Positions 49,544 to 60,491 of a stretch of DNA of 64,000 nucleotides are shown here, piece by piece; the stretch's first letter is position 1, and each line of letters opens with the position of its first letter. Under the pieces are notes generated by a model. That model saw only the letters and a program-made list of their open reading frames with translations. It had not been told where the DNA came from and did no database searches. A program made the translations under genes and the position numbers. This stretch comes from an uncultured Bacteroidales bacterium (lineage in GTDB: Bacteria > Bacteroidota > Bacteroidia > Bacteroidales > VadinHA17), in assembly GCA_963760915.1 (NCBI GenBank), contig CAVXEU010000005.1:256966-320965 (forward strand), written 5' to 3'.

Positions 49544-50980
49544 ATGATGAAAAATTATTTTTATATCATAATAAGTTGTCTGATAATTCAGTTTGTCTCA
49601 CAGAAGATCATTGCACAACAACCTTCTACTTATATAGTTAAGAGGATGCCATTCAATTCAGATCTATTCAGCGACATATCCCCTGTGATAGTTAAAGATG
49701 GAATAATCTTCTGTTCAAACAGACGTTTCAGCGTATTTACAGATCTCACAGCCTATGACGGTCACAGGCTTTACAATATTTATATGGCTGAAAGAAAAGA
49801 TTCTTCAGACTGGGGCAGAACAGAAGAGTTTAACAGCGAGAGGAATTCCAGGTTCAATAACGGTCCCTTATGTATCGCTCCTGATGGCAGAACTGTATAT
49901 TTCACAAGCGAAGTTGAGACTGGCCCTGCTGCACTGAAAAGGAACTTTGTTAATCATAGCGGGATATTTGTGGCAACGATGTCAGGCACCAATCTGGACT
50001 CTATTCGTCCGTTTAAGTATAATAGTTCACAGTATGAGGTTGCTCAGCCTTCGATAAGCAGCGATGGCAAATTTCTTTTTTTTGCTTCCGATATGCCTGG
50101 AGGTCAGGGTAAGTCGGATCTCTGGTACTGTGAATTTATTAACGGTGATTGGGCATCTCCTGTTAATCTTGGCCCCGGAGTGAATTCATCCGATGTTGAA
50201 AATTTCCCTTACTTACACCCTACCGGCAGACTCTATTTCTCTTCTGACAGGCCTGGAGGTATCGGTAATCTGGATGTCTATTTTACTTCTAAGACATTAG
50301 ATAAATGGGACGATCCTGTGCGTCTTCCTGAACCGATAAATTCCACATTTGATGACTTTGGGTTAGTTGCTGAAAGTAATTTTCAAAACGGTTATTTTGC
50401 TACAAACCGCAGAAAATCAGACGATATTTTTAAATTTACTTCAACAATTATAAGGAAAGCTACATGCGACACGCTCCGGGAAAATAGTTATTGTTACCGT
50501 TTTCTTGAGGAGAATGCAGTTAAATACGATTCAATGCCTTTCCGGTACGAATGGAACTTCGGCGATGGGAATAAAGCTGAAGGAGTTGTTGTGGAACACT
50601 GCTATAGCGGACCTGGAAAATATACGGTTCAGCTTGATGTAGTAAACCTTATAACAAAGGAGGTAAAGTATAATGAAAAGACCGATACTCTTTTAATAAC
50701 AGCTATTGTACAACCTTATATTTCAGGACCTGATGAGGTTACAGCAGGTATCCCGATAAAACTGAGTGCTGACAGTACAAATCTTCCGGGATGGAAAATT
50801 GCACAGTATTACTGGAACTTCGATGACGAATCAATAGAAATTGGCAAGGATGTTGTTAAGATGTATTCAAAGCCAGGCACCTACAATGTTCAGCTTATTG
50901 TTTCAACTGAACCTGAAAAGGGAGGAGTGGTCAGGGAAGCATGTATATCGAAAAATATTATCGTGATACCTAAGCCCTGA
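49544..50980 (+). CDS. PD40 (TolB-like beta-propeller repeat) + two PKD-domain secreted protein
   Basis: Repeated PD40-like blocks (PSISSDGKFLFFASD, PYLHPTGRLYFSSDR). Two PKD signatures (YEWNFGDGN..GKYTVQLDVVN; YYWNFDDES..GTYNVQLIVS). No OmpA domain. I prefer the ATG at 49544. Confidence 0.7.
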   Translation: MMKNYFYIIISCLIIQFVSQKIIAQQPSTYIVKRMPFNSDLFSDISPVIVKDGIIFCSNRRFSVFTDLTAYDGHRLYNIYMAERKDSSDWGRTEEFNSERNSRFNNGPLCIAPDGRTVYFTSEVETGPAALKRNFVNHSGIFVATMSGTNLDSIRPFKYNSSQYEVAQPSISSDGKFLFFASDMPGGQGKSDLWYCEFINGDWASPVNLGPGVNSSDVENFPYLHPTGRLYFSSDRPGGIGNLDVYFTSKTLDKWDDPVRLPEPINSTFDDFGLVAESNFQNGYFATNRRKSDDIFKFTSTIIRKATCDTLRENSYCYRFLEENAVKYDSMPFRYEWNFGDGNKAEGVVVEHCYSGPGKYTVQLDVVNLITKEVKYNEKTDTLLITAIVQPYISGPDEVTAGIPIKLSADSTNLPGWKIAQYYWNFDDESIEIGKDVVKMYSKPGTYNVQLIVSTEPEKGGVVREACISKNIIVIPKP

Positions 50981-51009
50981 TTCTGAAATTATATTAATAT
51001 TGAGTTTAA

Positions 51010-52014
51010 ATGGAATTGAGTAAACAATTTTATAGAATCCTGATCCTGACATTTTTTCTTGGATTACCAGCCGGGGCTAATCTATCCGGACAGGCAGTGC
51101 CGGGTAAAGATGAGAACATTCCTTTTCTAGTAACTTTTGGGAAAGACGGAAAGACATCATGGGGCGATGCCAATTTTTATGAGATATGGTTCTTCACAAT
51201 AATGAAGGATTATAAACAGCCATTTTATGTCAGGGTATTTGACCCTGATTGCGGTGGAGAGAATGATGAGATACAGGGAATTTTTAATACCAAAACGATG
51301 TTCTCAGTATATGGTGGGAAAGGGGTGGATCCTGAAAAGAACGAAGAATCTCAGGGTCTTATTAAAGGAGCTGACTATAAAAAGGGCAACCTGCTGGGTT
51401 CAAAGATTTTTGCCAGCGAAGCAAGGTATGACAACAAATATTATACTTTCGGACCATTTAACCCTACTGAGGGAGATTTTAACGAACGATGGAACAGTTA
51501 TATTTTTAAGGTAGTATGTGAAGGCGTAAGCGGTGATGATGGGAATCTTTACAGGTACTTTCTCAGCAGTTCTCCAAACAGCAATATTCCGATAGAAGGT
51601 GCCAATGCATTTACTTATGAATATACCTTTCGTATGTGGAATGATTTTAAGAGTGTTGCTCATATTTACCCGTACATAGATACAGGTATAGTATATATAA
51701 AGCAGACGAACTTTGACTGGGATTTTGATGGAAGTATTTTAGTTGTTTCAAAATACAAACAGGGGATCAGTGTTGAAATCTCGGGAGAGGACAACTGGGT
51801 GAGTTCCAATATCCCGATTGAACCAGCAGAGATAGGCGCTTCACTTGATTTTCAGTTTCATAAAAGACAGGGAGATTTGGTAAAAAACAATAACGTAGTA
51901 ATAACTCTTAAAAACCAGAGAAACGATGCTCTGAAGTTCTATAGCTCACCAATTGGCGGAGTTCCGGTTTATCAGCCCAAAATGGTTATAGAACCCCTGA
52001 AACCAAAGAAATAA
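51010..52014 (+). CDS. Hypothetical secreted protein
   Basis: 334 aa with a signal peptide (ILILTFFLGLPAGANLSG). No family recognised. Tightly packed between the PD40/PKD and SpoIIE genes. Confidence 0.6.
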   Translation: MELSKQFYRILILTFFLGLPAGANLSGQAVPGKDENIPFLVTFGKDGKTSWGDANFYEIWFFTIMKDYKQPFYVRVFDPDCGGENDEIQGIFNTKTMFSVYGGKGVDPEKNEESQGLIKGADYKKGNLLGSKIFASEARYDNKYYTFGPFNPTEGDFNERWNSYIFKVVCEGVSGDDGNLYRYFLSSSPNSNIPIEGANAFTYEYTFRMWNDFKSVAHIYPYIDTGIVYIKQTNFDWDFDGSILVVSKYKQGISVEISGEDNWVSSNIPIEPAEIGASLDFQFHKRQGDLVKNNNVVITLKNQRNDALKFYSSPIGGVPVYQPKMVIEPLKPKK

Positions 52015-52026
52015 GTAAAGCCTGAG

Positions 52027-55000
52027 ATGAGATTTAAAAATGCTTTAAGAATGCTGATAAGTACTTTCGGGTACTTGTTATTATTCCCTCTAATATCTAA
52101 CGGTCAGACATACAGCTTCAGGAATTATGACCGTGAAGATCACATTCCAAACAGTTTTGTGTATACGATCAGCCAGTCGGACAATGGATTTCTTTGGATA
52201 GGTACCGGTATTGGCGACGGAGTTTCACGTTTTGACGGTTATGATTTTTTTAATGTGCCATATCCCGATTCATCTATTGTTCGATACCCTACAGTCAGCA
52301 TTAAAGATAAAAGAGGTGTCCTGTGGTTTGGTTGCAGCGATGGCACAGTATTCTATTCAAAAGAGAATAAACTTATCCCAGTTGCTATTAATAATTTAAA
52401 TATTATCAGCGATCTTATAGAGGGACCTGATGGCTGGATCTATATTATTCCACAGGGTAAGGCACTTTTTGGGATCAATCCGGACTATCCTGAGGAGATA
52501 AATAAATATTCGTTCTCAGGTGATCCTTTGATTTATTCAGCTTCTTTTACCAGGTCAGGCAATTTACTTATTGGGGTCAGGGATAGTATACTGGTATGCA
52601 GGCTCAGGAAAGATTCCGTATCAGTGATAAGGGTTGTTGAAGGATTCGACAATTCGGGAGTAAATGCGATTCATATGATTGACGATTCGACAAGATTTGT
52701 CATAGGTACGGATGATAATGGCTTATTTCAATTATTGCTATCTGATTATAACGAAGAGCTTACACGGTTCCCCGGTCATCCTGAATGGGAATCTCTCAAT
52801 GTTCAGTCTATCTTCGAAGATTCTGAAAAAAATCTTTGGATTTCCACTTTCGGATCCGGCGTAATAGAGTTTAAGTTATCAGATAATTACAAAACAGTTG
52901 AATCTGTACGAAATTATAATACTGAAACAGGATTAACCGGGAATGATGTAAAAACAGTCTTTCAGGATATTGAAGGGAATTATTGGTTTGGGATGTATGG
53001 TAAAGGTCTGTCTATGCTTACTTCATATGCTTTCAGCTCTTATAACCCCGGTAAAAACTCCCTGGAAAATAACATTCTGTATGTTAATAAGTTTAATGAC
53101 AAATATATTCTTGGTACTCCTACAGGTTTCCATCTATTTGATCCACGTGAGGGTAAATCGCTCTCTTTCACCTCACTTGCAAGTCAGGTAGGGAAAGTTC
53201 TGATCTCTTCTTACTACCTTGATAAGGAGAAAAACCTATGGATCGGAACTGAGGGAAATGGCTTGTTTGTCAGAAGCAGTTCCGGTAAGGTAACGCTGTT
53301 CTACAGATCAGGAGATACCGGAGCCGATAATATCAGGGATATTGAAACGGATGGCAGGAACATCTGGCTTGCCACGACTAATGGAGTAATTGTACTTGAC
53401 CGGATAACTGAAAAGGTGAAGGCTGGTCCATTTGATATCAGTTCCGGATTACCTCATAACAGTATCAATAAGATATTGCTAACCAATGACGGAACAGCAT
53501 ATATTGGAACAGAGAGTGATAAGTTATATTCAATTGACAGTGACTTTAGTGTTCATACGGGCAAATCCACTATGTACGGCAGCATTAAAAATAAGATTCT
53601 CTCACTTGCACTTGGTCAGAATGGAGAAATCTGGGCTGCTACCAATGGTAATGGGATATTTGAATTCCAAAATGATTCGGTAACAGCAATTACCCGATCA
53701 AATGATCTTTGGTCAAATTACTGTTACAGTATACTGTCAGATTCGGAAGGATATATATGGGTTGGTCATGATAAGGGACTGTCCAGTTTTGATCCTGAAA
53801 ATGGAACAATGAGAGTTTTCGGGACCGATTTTGCTATTACAGGTATATGCAATCCTGAAGGAATGTTCGAATCGGGCAACGGAATGATTTTCATTGGAAC
53901 AACTTCAGGCCTGATTGTTTACGAAAGACGTAAGGACAGACATACAACTATACCCCCTTTTAATAATATTAATTATGTGACCATTAATGATGTACTGTAT
54001 CCTTATCAGCCATCATACACACTTCCATACAGTAAGTACCGTATTACGGTAAGTTACTCCGGAATAAATTTTAATGCTACCGATAAAGTATATTACAGCA
54101 CATATCTTGAAAACTTTGACAATGACTGGAGCAAATTGAACAGTTTAAGGGAGGTTACATATAGTCTTAGCGAAGGTAAGTATAAATTCAATCTTATATC
54201 TGTTAATGAAAATGGCATGTCGCAGGAATATCCTGCATCATTTGACCTGATTATCAGACTACCCTTTTGGAGAACATGGTGGTTTATTTTAGTAGTAATT
54301 CTCGTTGTGACCGGGATTGTAATTTTTATAATAATTCAAAGGGACAAAGCTCAGAAGAAAATTCAGGATTACCTTGAAAGTGAACTTGAAGCCAGAACAA
54401 GTGTTGTAATGAAGCAAAAAGGGGAGATAGAACTTCAGAACATTGAGATTACCGATAGCATTAATTATGCCAAACGGATTCAGACAAGTATCCTTCCTGA
54501 TATTGGCCGGCTTAAAGAGTCATTTAAAGATGCTTTTATACTTTTCTATCCGCGGGATATAGTCAGTGGAGACTTTTACTGGTTCGATACTATTGATGAA
54601 GATAAATTCATATTAGTATGTGCTGATTCTACCGGGCATGGCGTACCGGGTGCATTCATGTCAATGATTGGATCCACGCTCCTGCAGGATATAGTAACAA
54701 GAAAGAGAATATCCAAACCATCGGAAATTCTTTCGCTCCTGGATAAACAGATCTTTTCCACTCTTAATCAGAATGTGGAACTGGGTGTTTCAAATGACGG
54801 AATGGATATGGTTGTGTGCGAGTTTGATGTAAGAACACGGCACATAAGGTTTGCATCTGCCATGAGGCCTGTGATAATCGTTATGGATGGTGAATCATAT
54901 TATATTAAGGGCAACAGGTCATCTATCGGAGGCGAATCTGTTGTGGAGAAGTTCTTCGATGATCAGGAATACTATTTAAGGGAGGGAGACACGATTTATC

Positions 55001-55200
55001 TCTTTTCTGATGGTTTACCAGATCAGTTTGGCGGTCCTGACGGGAAAAAACTGAAAATTGCCAGGTTGAAGAAGATGATAGAGAAGATTTCTAAAATGCC
55101 TATGGATAAGCAGGAAGATGCAATGTCTAAATTCTACTTTGAGTGGAAAGGTAATTACGATCAGGTAGATGATATACTTCTGATTGGTGTAAAGGTATAG
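52027..55200 (+). CDS. Two-component-regulator propeller + Y_Y_Y + TM + SpoIIE/PP2C phosphatase domain protein
   Basis: 1057 aa. The N-terminal repeats (GFLWIGT, NLWISTFGSGV, NYWFGMYGKGL, NLWIGTEGNGL, IWAATNGNGI) are typical of the propeller sensor domain. It has a single TM (WWFILVVILVVTGIVIFIII). The C-terminal PP2C-type motifs are SGDFYWF, ADSTGHGVPGA and SDGLPDQFGG. Confidence 0.85.
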   Translation: MRFKNALRMLISTFGYLLLFPLISNGQTYSFRNYDREDHIPNSFVYTISQSDNGFLWIGTGIGDGVSRFDGYDFFNVPYPDSSIVRYPTVSIKDKRGVLWFGCSDGTVFYSKENKLIPVAINNLNIISDLIEGPDGWIYIIPQGKALFGINPDYPEEINKYSFSGDPLIYSASFTRSGNLLIGVRDSILVCRLRKDSVSVIRVVEGFDNSGVNAIHMIDDSTRFVIGTDDNGLFQLLLSDYNEELTRFPGHPEWESLNVQSIFEDSEKNLWISTFGSGVIEFKLSDNYKTVESVRNYNTETGLTGNDVKTVFQDIEGNYWFGMYGKGLSMLTSYAFSSYNPGKNSLENNILYVNKFNDKYILGTPTGFHLFDPREGKSLSFTSLASQVGKVLISSYYLDKEKNLWIGTEGNGLFVRSSSGKVTLFYRSGDTGADNIRDIETDGRNIWLATTNGVIVLDRITEKVKAGPFDISSGLPHNSINKILLTNDGTAYIGTESDKLYSIDSDFSVHTGKSTMYGSIKNKILSLALGQNGEIWAATNGNGIFEFQNDSVTAITRSNDLWSNYCYSILSDSEGYIWVGHDKGLSSFDPENGTMRVFGTDFAITGICNPEGMFESGNGMIFIGTTSGLIVYERRKDRHTTIPPFNNINYVTINDVLYPYQPSYTLPYSKYRITVSYSGINFNATDKVYYSTYLENFDNDWSKLNSLREVTYSLSEGKYKFNLISVNENGMSQEYPASFDLIIRLPFWRTWWFILVVILVVTGIVIFIIIQRDKAQKKIQDYLESELEARTSVVMKQKGEIELQNIEITDSINYAKRIQTSILPDIGRLKESFKDAFILFYPRDIVSGDFYWFDTIDEDKFILVCADSTGHGVPGAFMSMIGSTLLQDIVTRKRISKPSEILSLLDKQIFSTLNQNVELGVSNDGMDMVVCEFDVRTRHIRFASAMRPVIIVMDGESYYIKGNRSSIGGESVVEKFFDDQEYYLREGDTIYLFSDGLPDQFGGPDGKKLKIARLKKMIEKISKMPMDKQEDAMSKFYFEWKGNYDQVDDILLIGVKV

Positions 55201-55205
55201 TTACT

Positions 55206-55724
55206 CTATTTGTAATAAATATTATTTTCGGATAAAATTATCTCGCCGGTTGAAGCTATATTGCTTTCATTCATGGCTCTGTCGGTTAAATAGAAATCAT
55301 AGCTTATTGTATCTGCAGAAGTATAAAAGAGGTAAAGAAAGGTAACAGATATCGTACCTTTTAATATCTTGTTCTGTCCAAGTCTTTCCAGATAAGGTAT
55401 CCTGTATGGTGAGGGTTTTAACGGGTCATTATCCGGAGCTTGTACCATAAGTCCGTTCGATTTACGGAAAAGAGTAAAAAACAGGTTTGTGGTGTCAGGC
55501 TGATCTCCCGAAGGTGGCTGTAATCCAATGTTGCCATCACCATCCTCAAAATAGAATTTTAGTCTTCCCCCTTTAGTAACGTTTCCGAGAATATCAATGG
55601 TATCAAATACTGCAAAGCTTCTGAATTCAATATGAGGAATCGCCGGTAAGGTCTGTATTTTACGGCACGAATCTAGTGTTAACACTGCTATTATGATTAT
55701 TGCAAGGTACTTTATAGTTCTCAT
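55206..55724 (-). CDS. Hypothetical lipoprotein
   Basis: I prefer the ATG at 55724 (MRTIKYLAIIIIAVLTLDSCRK, a lipobox). No family recognised. Lies downstream of der. Confidence 0.55.
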   Translation of the reverse strand: MRTIKYLAIIIIAVLTLDSCRKIQTLPAIPHIEFRSFAVFDTIDILGNVTKGGRLKFYFEDGDGNIGLQPPSGDQPDTTNLFFTLFRKSNGLMVQAPDNDPLKPSPYRIPYLERLGQNKILKGTISVTFLYLFYTSADTISYDFYLTDRAMNESNIASTGEIILSENNIYYK

Positions 55725-55772
55725 ACTTTCAAGGTAATAATTTTCGTTATACAAAAACCACACCAAATCTGG

Positions 55773-57077
55773 TTATTTTTTCCTGAAAAATATTCTTAAA
55801 GGAACTCCGGTAAAATCAAATTTTTCTCTCATCCGGTTCTCAAGATACCTTTTATAAGGGTCTTTCACATACTGGGGCAGATTGCAGAAAAATGCAAATG
55901 CCGGAGTGTAAATCGGCAACTGGGTAACATATTTGATCTTAACGTATTTGCCTTTCAAAGCCGGAGGTGGATTATTTTTGACTATCTGAAGCATCACTTC
56001 ATTCAATTCGGATGTACTGATCTTCCTGTTCCTGTTCTGATTTACCATTTCGATCAGTTCCAATACTTTATGAATCCTTTGTTTATTGGTAGCCGATATA
56101 AAAAGTATGGGGTAATCGGTAAAAGGTGCTGTTTTTTCTCTTATGTCCTTCTCAAAAAGGATAGTCGTATTATTTTCTTTTTCAATAAGATCCCACTTGT
56201 TCACAAGTACAATCATACCTTTGTTGTTTTTCTGGATCAACGACATGATATTAAGGTCCTGTGCTTCGATTCCCCTGGTGGCATCAATAAGAAGAAGACA
56301 TATATCGGAACTCTCAATTGTTTTCACAGCCCTCATTACAGAGTAAAACTCGATATCTTCACTGACTTTTCCCTTCTTACGTAAACCGGCGGTGTCGACC
56401 AGAAGAAAATCGTGCTGAAATTTATTAAATCTGGTGTAAATTGAATCGCGGGTTGTTCCTGCAACAGGTGTCACGATATTTCTTTCTTCTCCCAGCAGTG
56501 AATTAACCAGCGATGATTTACCGACATTTGGCCGACCGACAATAGCGATCCTTGGCAGATCAGGTATTATTCCGGGTTCTTCTTCAGGCAAACTTTTTAC
56601 AACAGCATCAAGAAGCTCACCGGTACCGCCTCCATTCATTGAACTTAGCGGGAAATAATCTCCAAGTCCAAGATTATAAAACTCTGTTGCATCCAGTAAT
56701 CTCTGACCATTGTCAACCTTATTAACGACAAGCATTACCTTTTTGTCTATTCTTCTAAGAAGCGAAGCAATGGCTGAATCAAGTTCATGAATACCAATTG
56801 TAACATCAACCATAAACAGAATTATATCAGCCTCTTCAATAGCAAGAAGTACTTGTTTGTTTATCTCTTCTTCAAATATATCATCAGAATTTTTAACATA
56901 ACCACCGGTATCGATAACTGAAAAATCAATACCGTTCCAGTTCGACATCCCATAGTTACGATCGCGGGTTACTCCGCTTATTTCGTCAACAATAGCTTCC
57001 CTTGAATCCGTCAGCCTGTTAAAGAGTGTCGATTTCCCAACATTGGGCCTGCCAACTATTGCAACTATTCTACTCAT
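55773..57077 (-). CDS. der: Ribosome-biogenesis GTPase Der (EngA)
   Basis: Two tandem GTPase domains (GRPNVGKST twice, DTGG/DTAG, NKVD/NKWD) plus a C-terminal KH-like domain. Confidence 0.95.
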   Translation of the reverse strand: MSRIVAIVGRPNVGKSTLFNRLTDSREAIVDEISGVTRDRNYGMSNWNGIDFSVIDTGGYVKNSDDIFEEEINKQVLLAIEEADIILFMVDVTIGIHELDSAIASLLRRIDKKVMLVVNKVDNGQRLLDATEFYNLGLGDYFPLSSMNGGGTGELLDAVVKSLPEEEPGIIPDLPRIAIVGRPNVGKSSLVNSLLGEERNIVTPVAGTTRDSIYTRFNKFQHDFLLVDTAGLRKKGKVSEDIEFYSVMRAVKTIESSDICLLLIDATRGIEAQDLNIMSLIQKNNKGMIVLVNKWDLIEKENNTTILFEKDIREKTAPFTDYPILFISATNKQRIHKVLELIEMVNQNRNRKISTSELNEVMLQIVKNNPPPALKGKYVKIKYVTQLPIYTPAFAFFCNLPQYVKDPYKRYLENRMREKFDFTGVPLRIFFRKK

Positions 57078-57097
57078 AAGTCTTTATAAAAAAAAGT

Positions 57098-57976
57098 CTA
57101 TCGATAGCCAAATCTTTTAAGTATTAATGGTTTATCTCTCCAGTCTTTTGTTACTTTCACATATAATTCAAGAAAAACTTTTTTTCCGAAAAAATCTTCC
57201 ATATCATGTCTTGCTTCAGTTCCCACTCTTTTTAGCATCAATCCCTTATGACCTATAATTATGCCTTTCTGACTATCACGGGTGACATGAATAAGTGCCC
57301 TGATTTTGATAATATTTTTTTCTTCAGCAAAACTCTCAATCTCTGTTTCAACTGAATAAGGTATCTCTTTATTATAATTTAACAGAATTTTTTCGCGTAT
57401 TATCTCTGATGCAAAAAATCGCTCATATTTATCTGTAAGCTGATCTTTGGGAAAGAAAGGAGGACCAACAGGCAGTTTGGTAAGAATAGCACTAAGAAGA
57501 GAATCGAGATTGAAATTCTTAAGAGCAGAAATTGGTATTACAGGCGATTTTGGGAAAGCATGGGACCATAGCTCCACAATTTTTTCAAGATCAGTCTGAT
57601 TGGTGAGGTCAACTTTATTTATTACAATAATTACTGGTATATCCGATTTACTGATCCTGTCAATATAATCACCCTCATAGGCATTACGTTCTGTTACATC
57701 TGAAATATAAACTATCAAATCGGCATCGGTGATCGCTATATTAACGGAGTTCATCATGGTCTCCTGGAGCTTGTACTGAGGTTTGAGTATTCCGGGAGTA
57801 TCAGAATAGACTATCTGATAATCATCACCGTTAACAATCCCCATTATCCTGTGACGTGTGGTTTGAGCTTTGGCGGTAATGATGGAAAGCTTTTGACCGA
57901 CGAGAGAATTCATAATAGTCGATTTCCCTACGTTGGGGTTTCCCAGTATGTTTACAAATCCAGATCTGTGATCCAT
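57098..57976 (-). CDS. era: GTPase Era
   Basis: GNPNVGKST, DTPG, NKVD and a C-terminal KH domain (VTRDSQKGIIIGHKGLMLKRVG). Confidence 0.95.
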   Translation of the reverse strand: MDHRSGFVNILGNPNVGKSTIMNSLVGQKLSIITAKAQTTRHRIMGIVNGDDYQIVYSDTPGILKPQYKLQETMMNSVNIAITDADLIVYISDVTERNAYEGDYIDRISKSDIPVIIVINKVDLTNQTDLEKIVELWSHAFPKSPVIPISALKNFNLDSLLSAILTKLPVGPPFFPKDQLTDKYERFFASEIIREKILLNYNKEIPYSVETEIESFAEEKNIIKIRALIHVTRDSQKGIIIGHKGLMLKRVGTEARHDMEDFFGKKVFLELYVKVTKDWRDKPLILKRFGYR

Positions 57977-57985
57977 CTCCAGTGA

Positions 57986-58840
57986 TTAAAATATTCCCCG
58001 TTTAAGCATGCTTACTTCTTTATCGGTAAGGAACCTCCATTTCCCCCTCTTGACATTTTTTTTTGTAAGTCCTGCAAAATATACTCTGTCGAGCTTTTTA
58101 ACTTTATAGCCCATTGTTTCAAACATTCTTCGTACTATCCTGTTCTGTCCGGAATGGAGTTCTATGCCAATCTGGCTTTTGTCGTCCTGATCAGCATAAG
58201 AGACTGCATCTGAAACTACCGTTACACCATCGATTTCAATCCCTTCGGTAAGCTTGAACAGGTCATTTTTGGTTACTGGTTTGTCTAGAAAAACATGATA
58301 GATCTTTTTCCTTTTATATTTGGGATGTGTTAGTTTCCCGGCAAGATCACCGTCGTTTGTGAGCAGAAGGACCCCTGTTGTTGCCTTATCAAGCCTTCCG
58401 ACAGGATATACCCGTTGCGGGCAACTGTCGCCTATAAGATCAAGAACAGTGTGTTCGGCATGAGGGTCTTCAACAGTTGTTACATAATCTTTCGGTTTAT
58501 TCATAAGGATATAAACCTTTTTTTCAGCGGACAGTCTTTTGTTCTTGAAACGTACATCATCATCATAGGTAACCCTCGTTCCCATATCTGTTACAACTCT
58601 GCCGTTAACGGTTATCAGTCCGTTTTTGATATGCTCATCAGCATCCCTGCGGGAGCATACCCCGCTATTGGCTATGAATCTGTTAAGTCTGATCTGTGTC
58701 GTCTCCTTTATTGAGCCTCCCTTGACCTGTTTCCCATACCTCAATACTGGTTTTTCACCTGGTTTCCTTATTTTCCTATCCTTCACAACTGGTTTCTCAA
58801 ATTTTGAATAAGGCTTCACTGAAGGTTTTCGGTTCTCCAT
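57986..58840 (-). CDS. rluB: RsuA/RluB-family rRNA pseudouridine synthase with basic N-terminal extension
   Basis: S4 domain (RLNRFIANSGVCSRRDADEHIKNGLITVNG) and catalytic Asp motif VGRLDKATTGVLLLTNDG. Confidence 0.8.
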   Translation of the reverse strand: MENRKPSVKPYSKFEKPVVKDRKIRKPGEKPVLRYGKQVKGGSIKETTQIRLNRFIANSGVCSRRDADEHIKNGLITVNGRVVTDMGTRVTYDDDVRFKNKRLSAEKKVYILMNKPKDYVTTVEDPHAEHTVLDLIGDSCPQRVYPVGRLDKATTGVLLLTNDGDLAGKLTHPKYKRKKIYHVFLDKPVTKNDLFKLTEGIEIDGVTVVSDAVSYADQDDKSQIGIELHSGQNRIVRRMFETMGYKVKKLDRVYFAGLTKKNVKRGKWRFLTDKEVSMLKRGIF

Positions 58841-58860
58841 ATCAATAAATTATCAGGGTG

Positions 58861-58868
58861 CAAAGGTA
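58861..58868 (-). promoter_or_regulatory. Candidate -7 box (TAccTTTG on minus strand) for the rluB-era-der operon
   Basis: Plus-strand caaaggta, 20 nt upstream of the ATG at 58840. Confidence 0.3.
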
Positions 58869-58936
58869 CAATTATTTGGTAATATAATAATTTGATGTTT
58901 TTTTTGCACCTTTGCAGGCGTGAAAATCTAATCTGT

Positions 58937-60319
58937 ATGGCACTAATAAAATCTATTTCAGGTATTAGGGGAACAATTGGTGGTAAACCAGGTGAGAGCC
59001 TTTCGCCTCTTGACATAGTGAAATTCACAGCAGCTTTTGGAGCCTGGATTCAGCAAAGGCATAAAAGAAACAGCCTGCGGATCATAGTCGGACGCGATGC
59101 CCGTAAATCAGGACCTATGGTTAACAGTATGGTAATTACCACACTGAGAAGTATGGGAATAAGTGTAACTGATATCGGAATGGCTACGACACCAACAGTT
59201 GAACTGGCAGTTACCGGGCTTAAAGCTGATGGAGGAATAGTTATTACTGCAAGCCACAATCCTGCCGAATGGAATGCCCTGAAATTGCTTAATGAACAAG
59301 GTGAATTTTTATCCTCCCGGGATGGATCGGAAGTGCTGGAAATAGCTGCAGAGGAAAATTTCAACTTTATTTCATCTGATCTGACTGGAGACCTGGATCT
59401 GGATAATTCATGGGGGGGAAAGCATATAGAAAAGATTCTTTTGCTGGATCTTGTTGATGTGAAAGCAATTAGCGCCGCCTCTTTCACTATTGCTATAGAT
59501 TGCATTAATTCTGTGGGAGGGATTATCCTGCCAGAGTTGTTAAAGTCTCTCGGAGTAACAAAAGTGATTGGCATAAATACCAGTGCTGACGGGAATTTTG
59601 CACATAACCCTGAACCATTGCCTGAAAACCTGAAAGGCATCTCTGATCTGGTTTTAAAGGAGAAGGCGGATTTAGGATTTGTTGTAGATCCGGATGTTGA
59701 CCGCCTTGCTATTGTATGCGAAGACGGATCTATGTTTGGAGAAGAGTATACACTTGTTTCAGTATCTGATTATATACTTAAACACACACCCGGCAATACT
59801 GTATCTAATTTGTCATCCACCAGAGCACTAAGAGATATAACATCCAAGTATGGATCCACACATTATTCCTCTGCTGTGGGGGAGGTAAATGTTGTGCAGG
59901 AGATGAAAAGGAGAAATGCTGTAATAGGGGGAGAAGGGAATGGAGGAATAATTTATCCGAAACTTCATTACGGACGTGATGCACTGGCAGGGATAGCTCT
60001 TTTTCTGTCGCATCTGGCAAAAACCAAAACAAAATGCTCCTCTTTAAGAAAGTCTTATCCTGATTATGTTATAGCAAAAAAGAAACTTGCCCTTGACCCG
60101 GAAACTGAGTTTAGTCATATAGTCGGTCTGGTCAGGAAACATTTTCAGGATCATTTGTCTGACTACAGAGATGGATTATGGATTGAACATCAGCATGGAT
60201 GGGTTCAGATCAGAAAATCAAATACAGAACCAATAATTAGAATATATGCAGAAGGGAGAACATCTAAAGAGGCAGAGGATCTGGCTAATACGGTTATTGG
60301 AATTGTTAAAAAAGCCTAA
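58937..60319 (+). CDS. glmM: Phosphoglucosamine mutase
   Basis: Family start MALIKSISGIRG, active-site TASHNPAEWNALK and metal loop DPDVDRL. I prefer the ATG at 58937 over the upstream start at 58892. Confidence 0.85.
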   Translation: MALIKSISGIRGTIGGKPGESLSPLDIVKFTAAFGAWIQQRHKRNSLRIIVGRDARKSGPMVNSMVITTLRSMGISVTDIGMATTPTVELAVTGLKADGGIVITASHNPAEWNALKLLNEQGEFLSSRDGSEVLEIAAEENFNFISSDLTGDLDLDNSWGGKHIEKILLLDLVDVKAISAASFTIAIDCINSVGGIILPELLKSLGVTKVIGINTSADGNFAHNPEPLPENLKGISDLVLKEKADLGFVVDPDVDRLAIVCEDGSMFGEEYTLVSVSDYILKHTPGNTVSNLSSTRALRDITSKYGSTHYSSAVGEVNVVQEMKRRNAVIGGEGNGGIIYPKLHYGRDALAGIALFLSHLAKTKTKCSSLRKSYPDYVIAKKKLALDPETEFSHIVGLVRKHFQDHLSDYRDGLWIEHQHGWVQIRKSNTEPIIRIYAEGRTSKEAEDLANTVIGIVKKA

Positions 60320-60443
60320 TTTGATTTTATTTTTCAGGCCAACCGGAATAAATCCGCATGAATGGATGTCTTTAAAGCATAAAGGCAAAAAAGTATTGAT
60401 AGTTAAATATTGTTAACTAATAAAAAGCATTAAGCCTTTTTAA

Positions 60444-60451
60444 TACTTTTG
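60444..60451 (+). promoter_or_regulatory. Candidate -7 box (TActTTTG) for the adaptor-permease-TolC operon
   Basis: Exact TAnnTTTG match 40 nt upstream of the ATG at 60492. Confidence 0.3.
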
Positions 60452-60491
60452 TGGCTGATTTTTTTGAATATATTAATTATTAAAAATTCAG

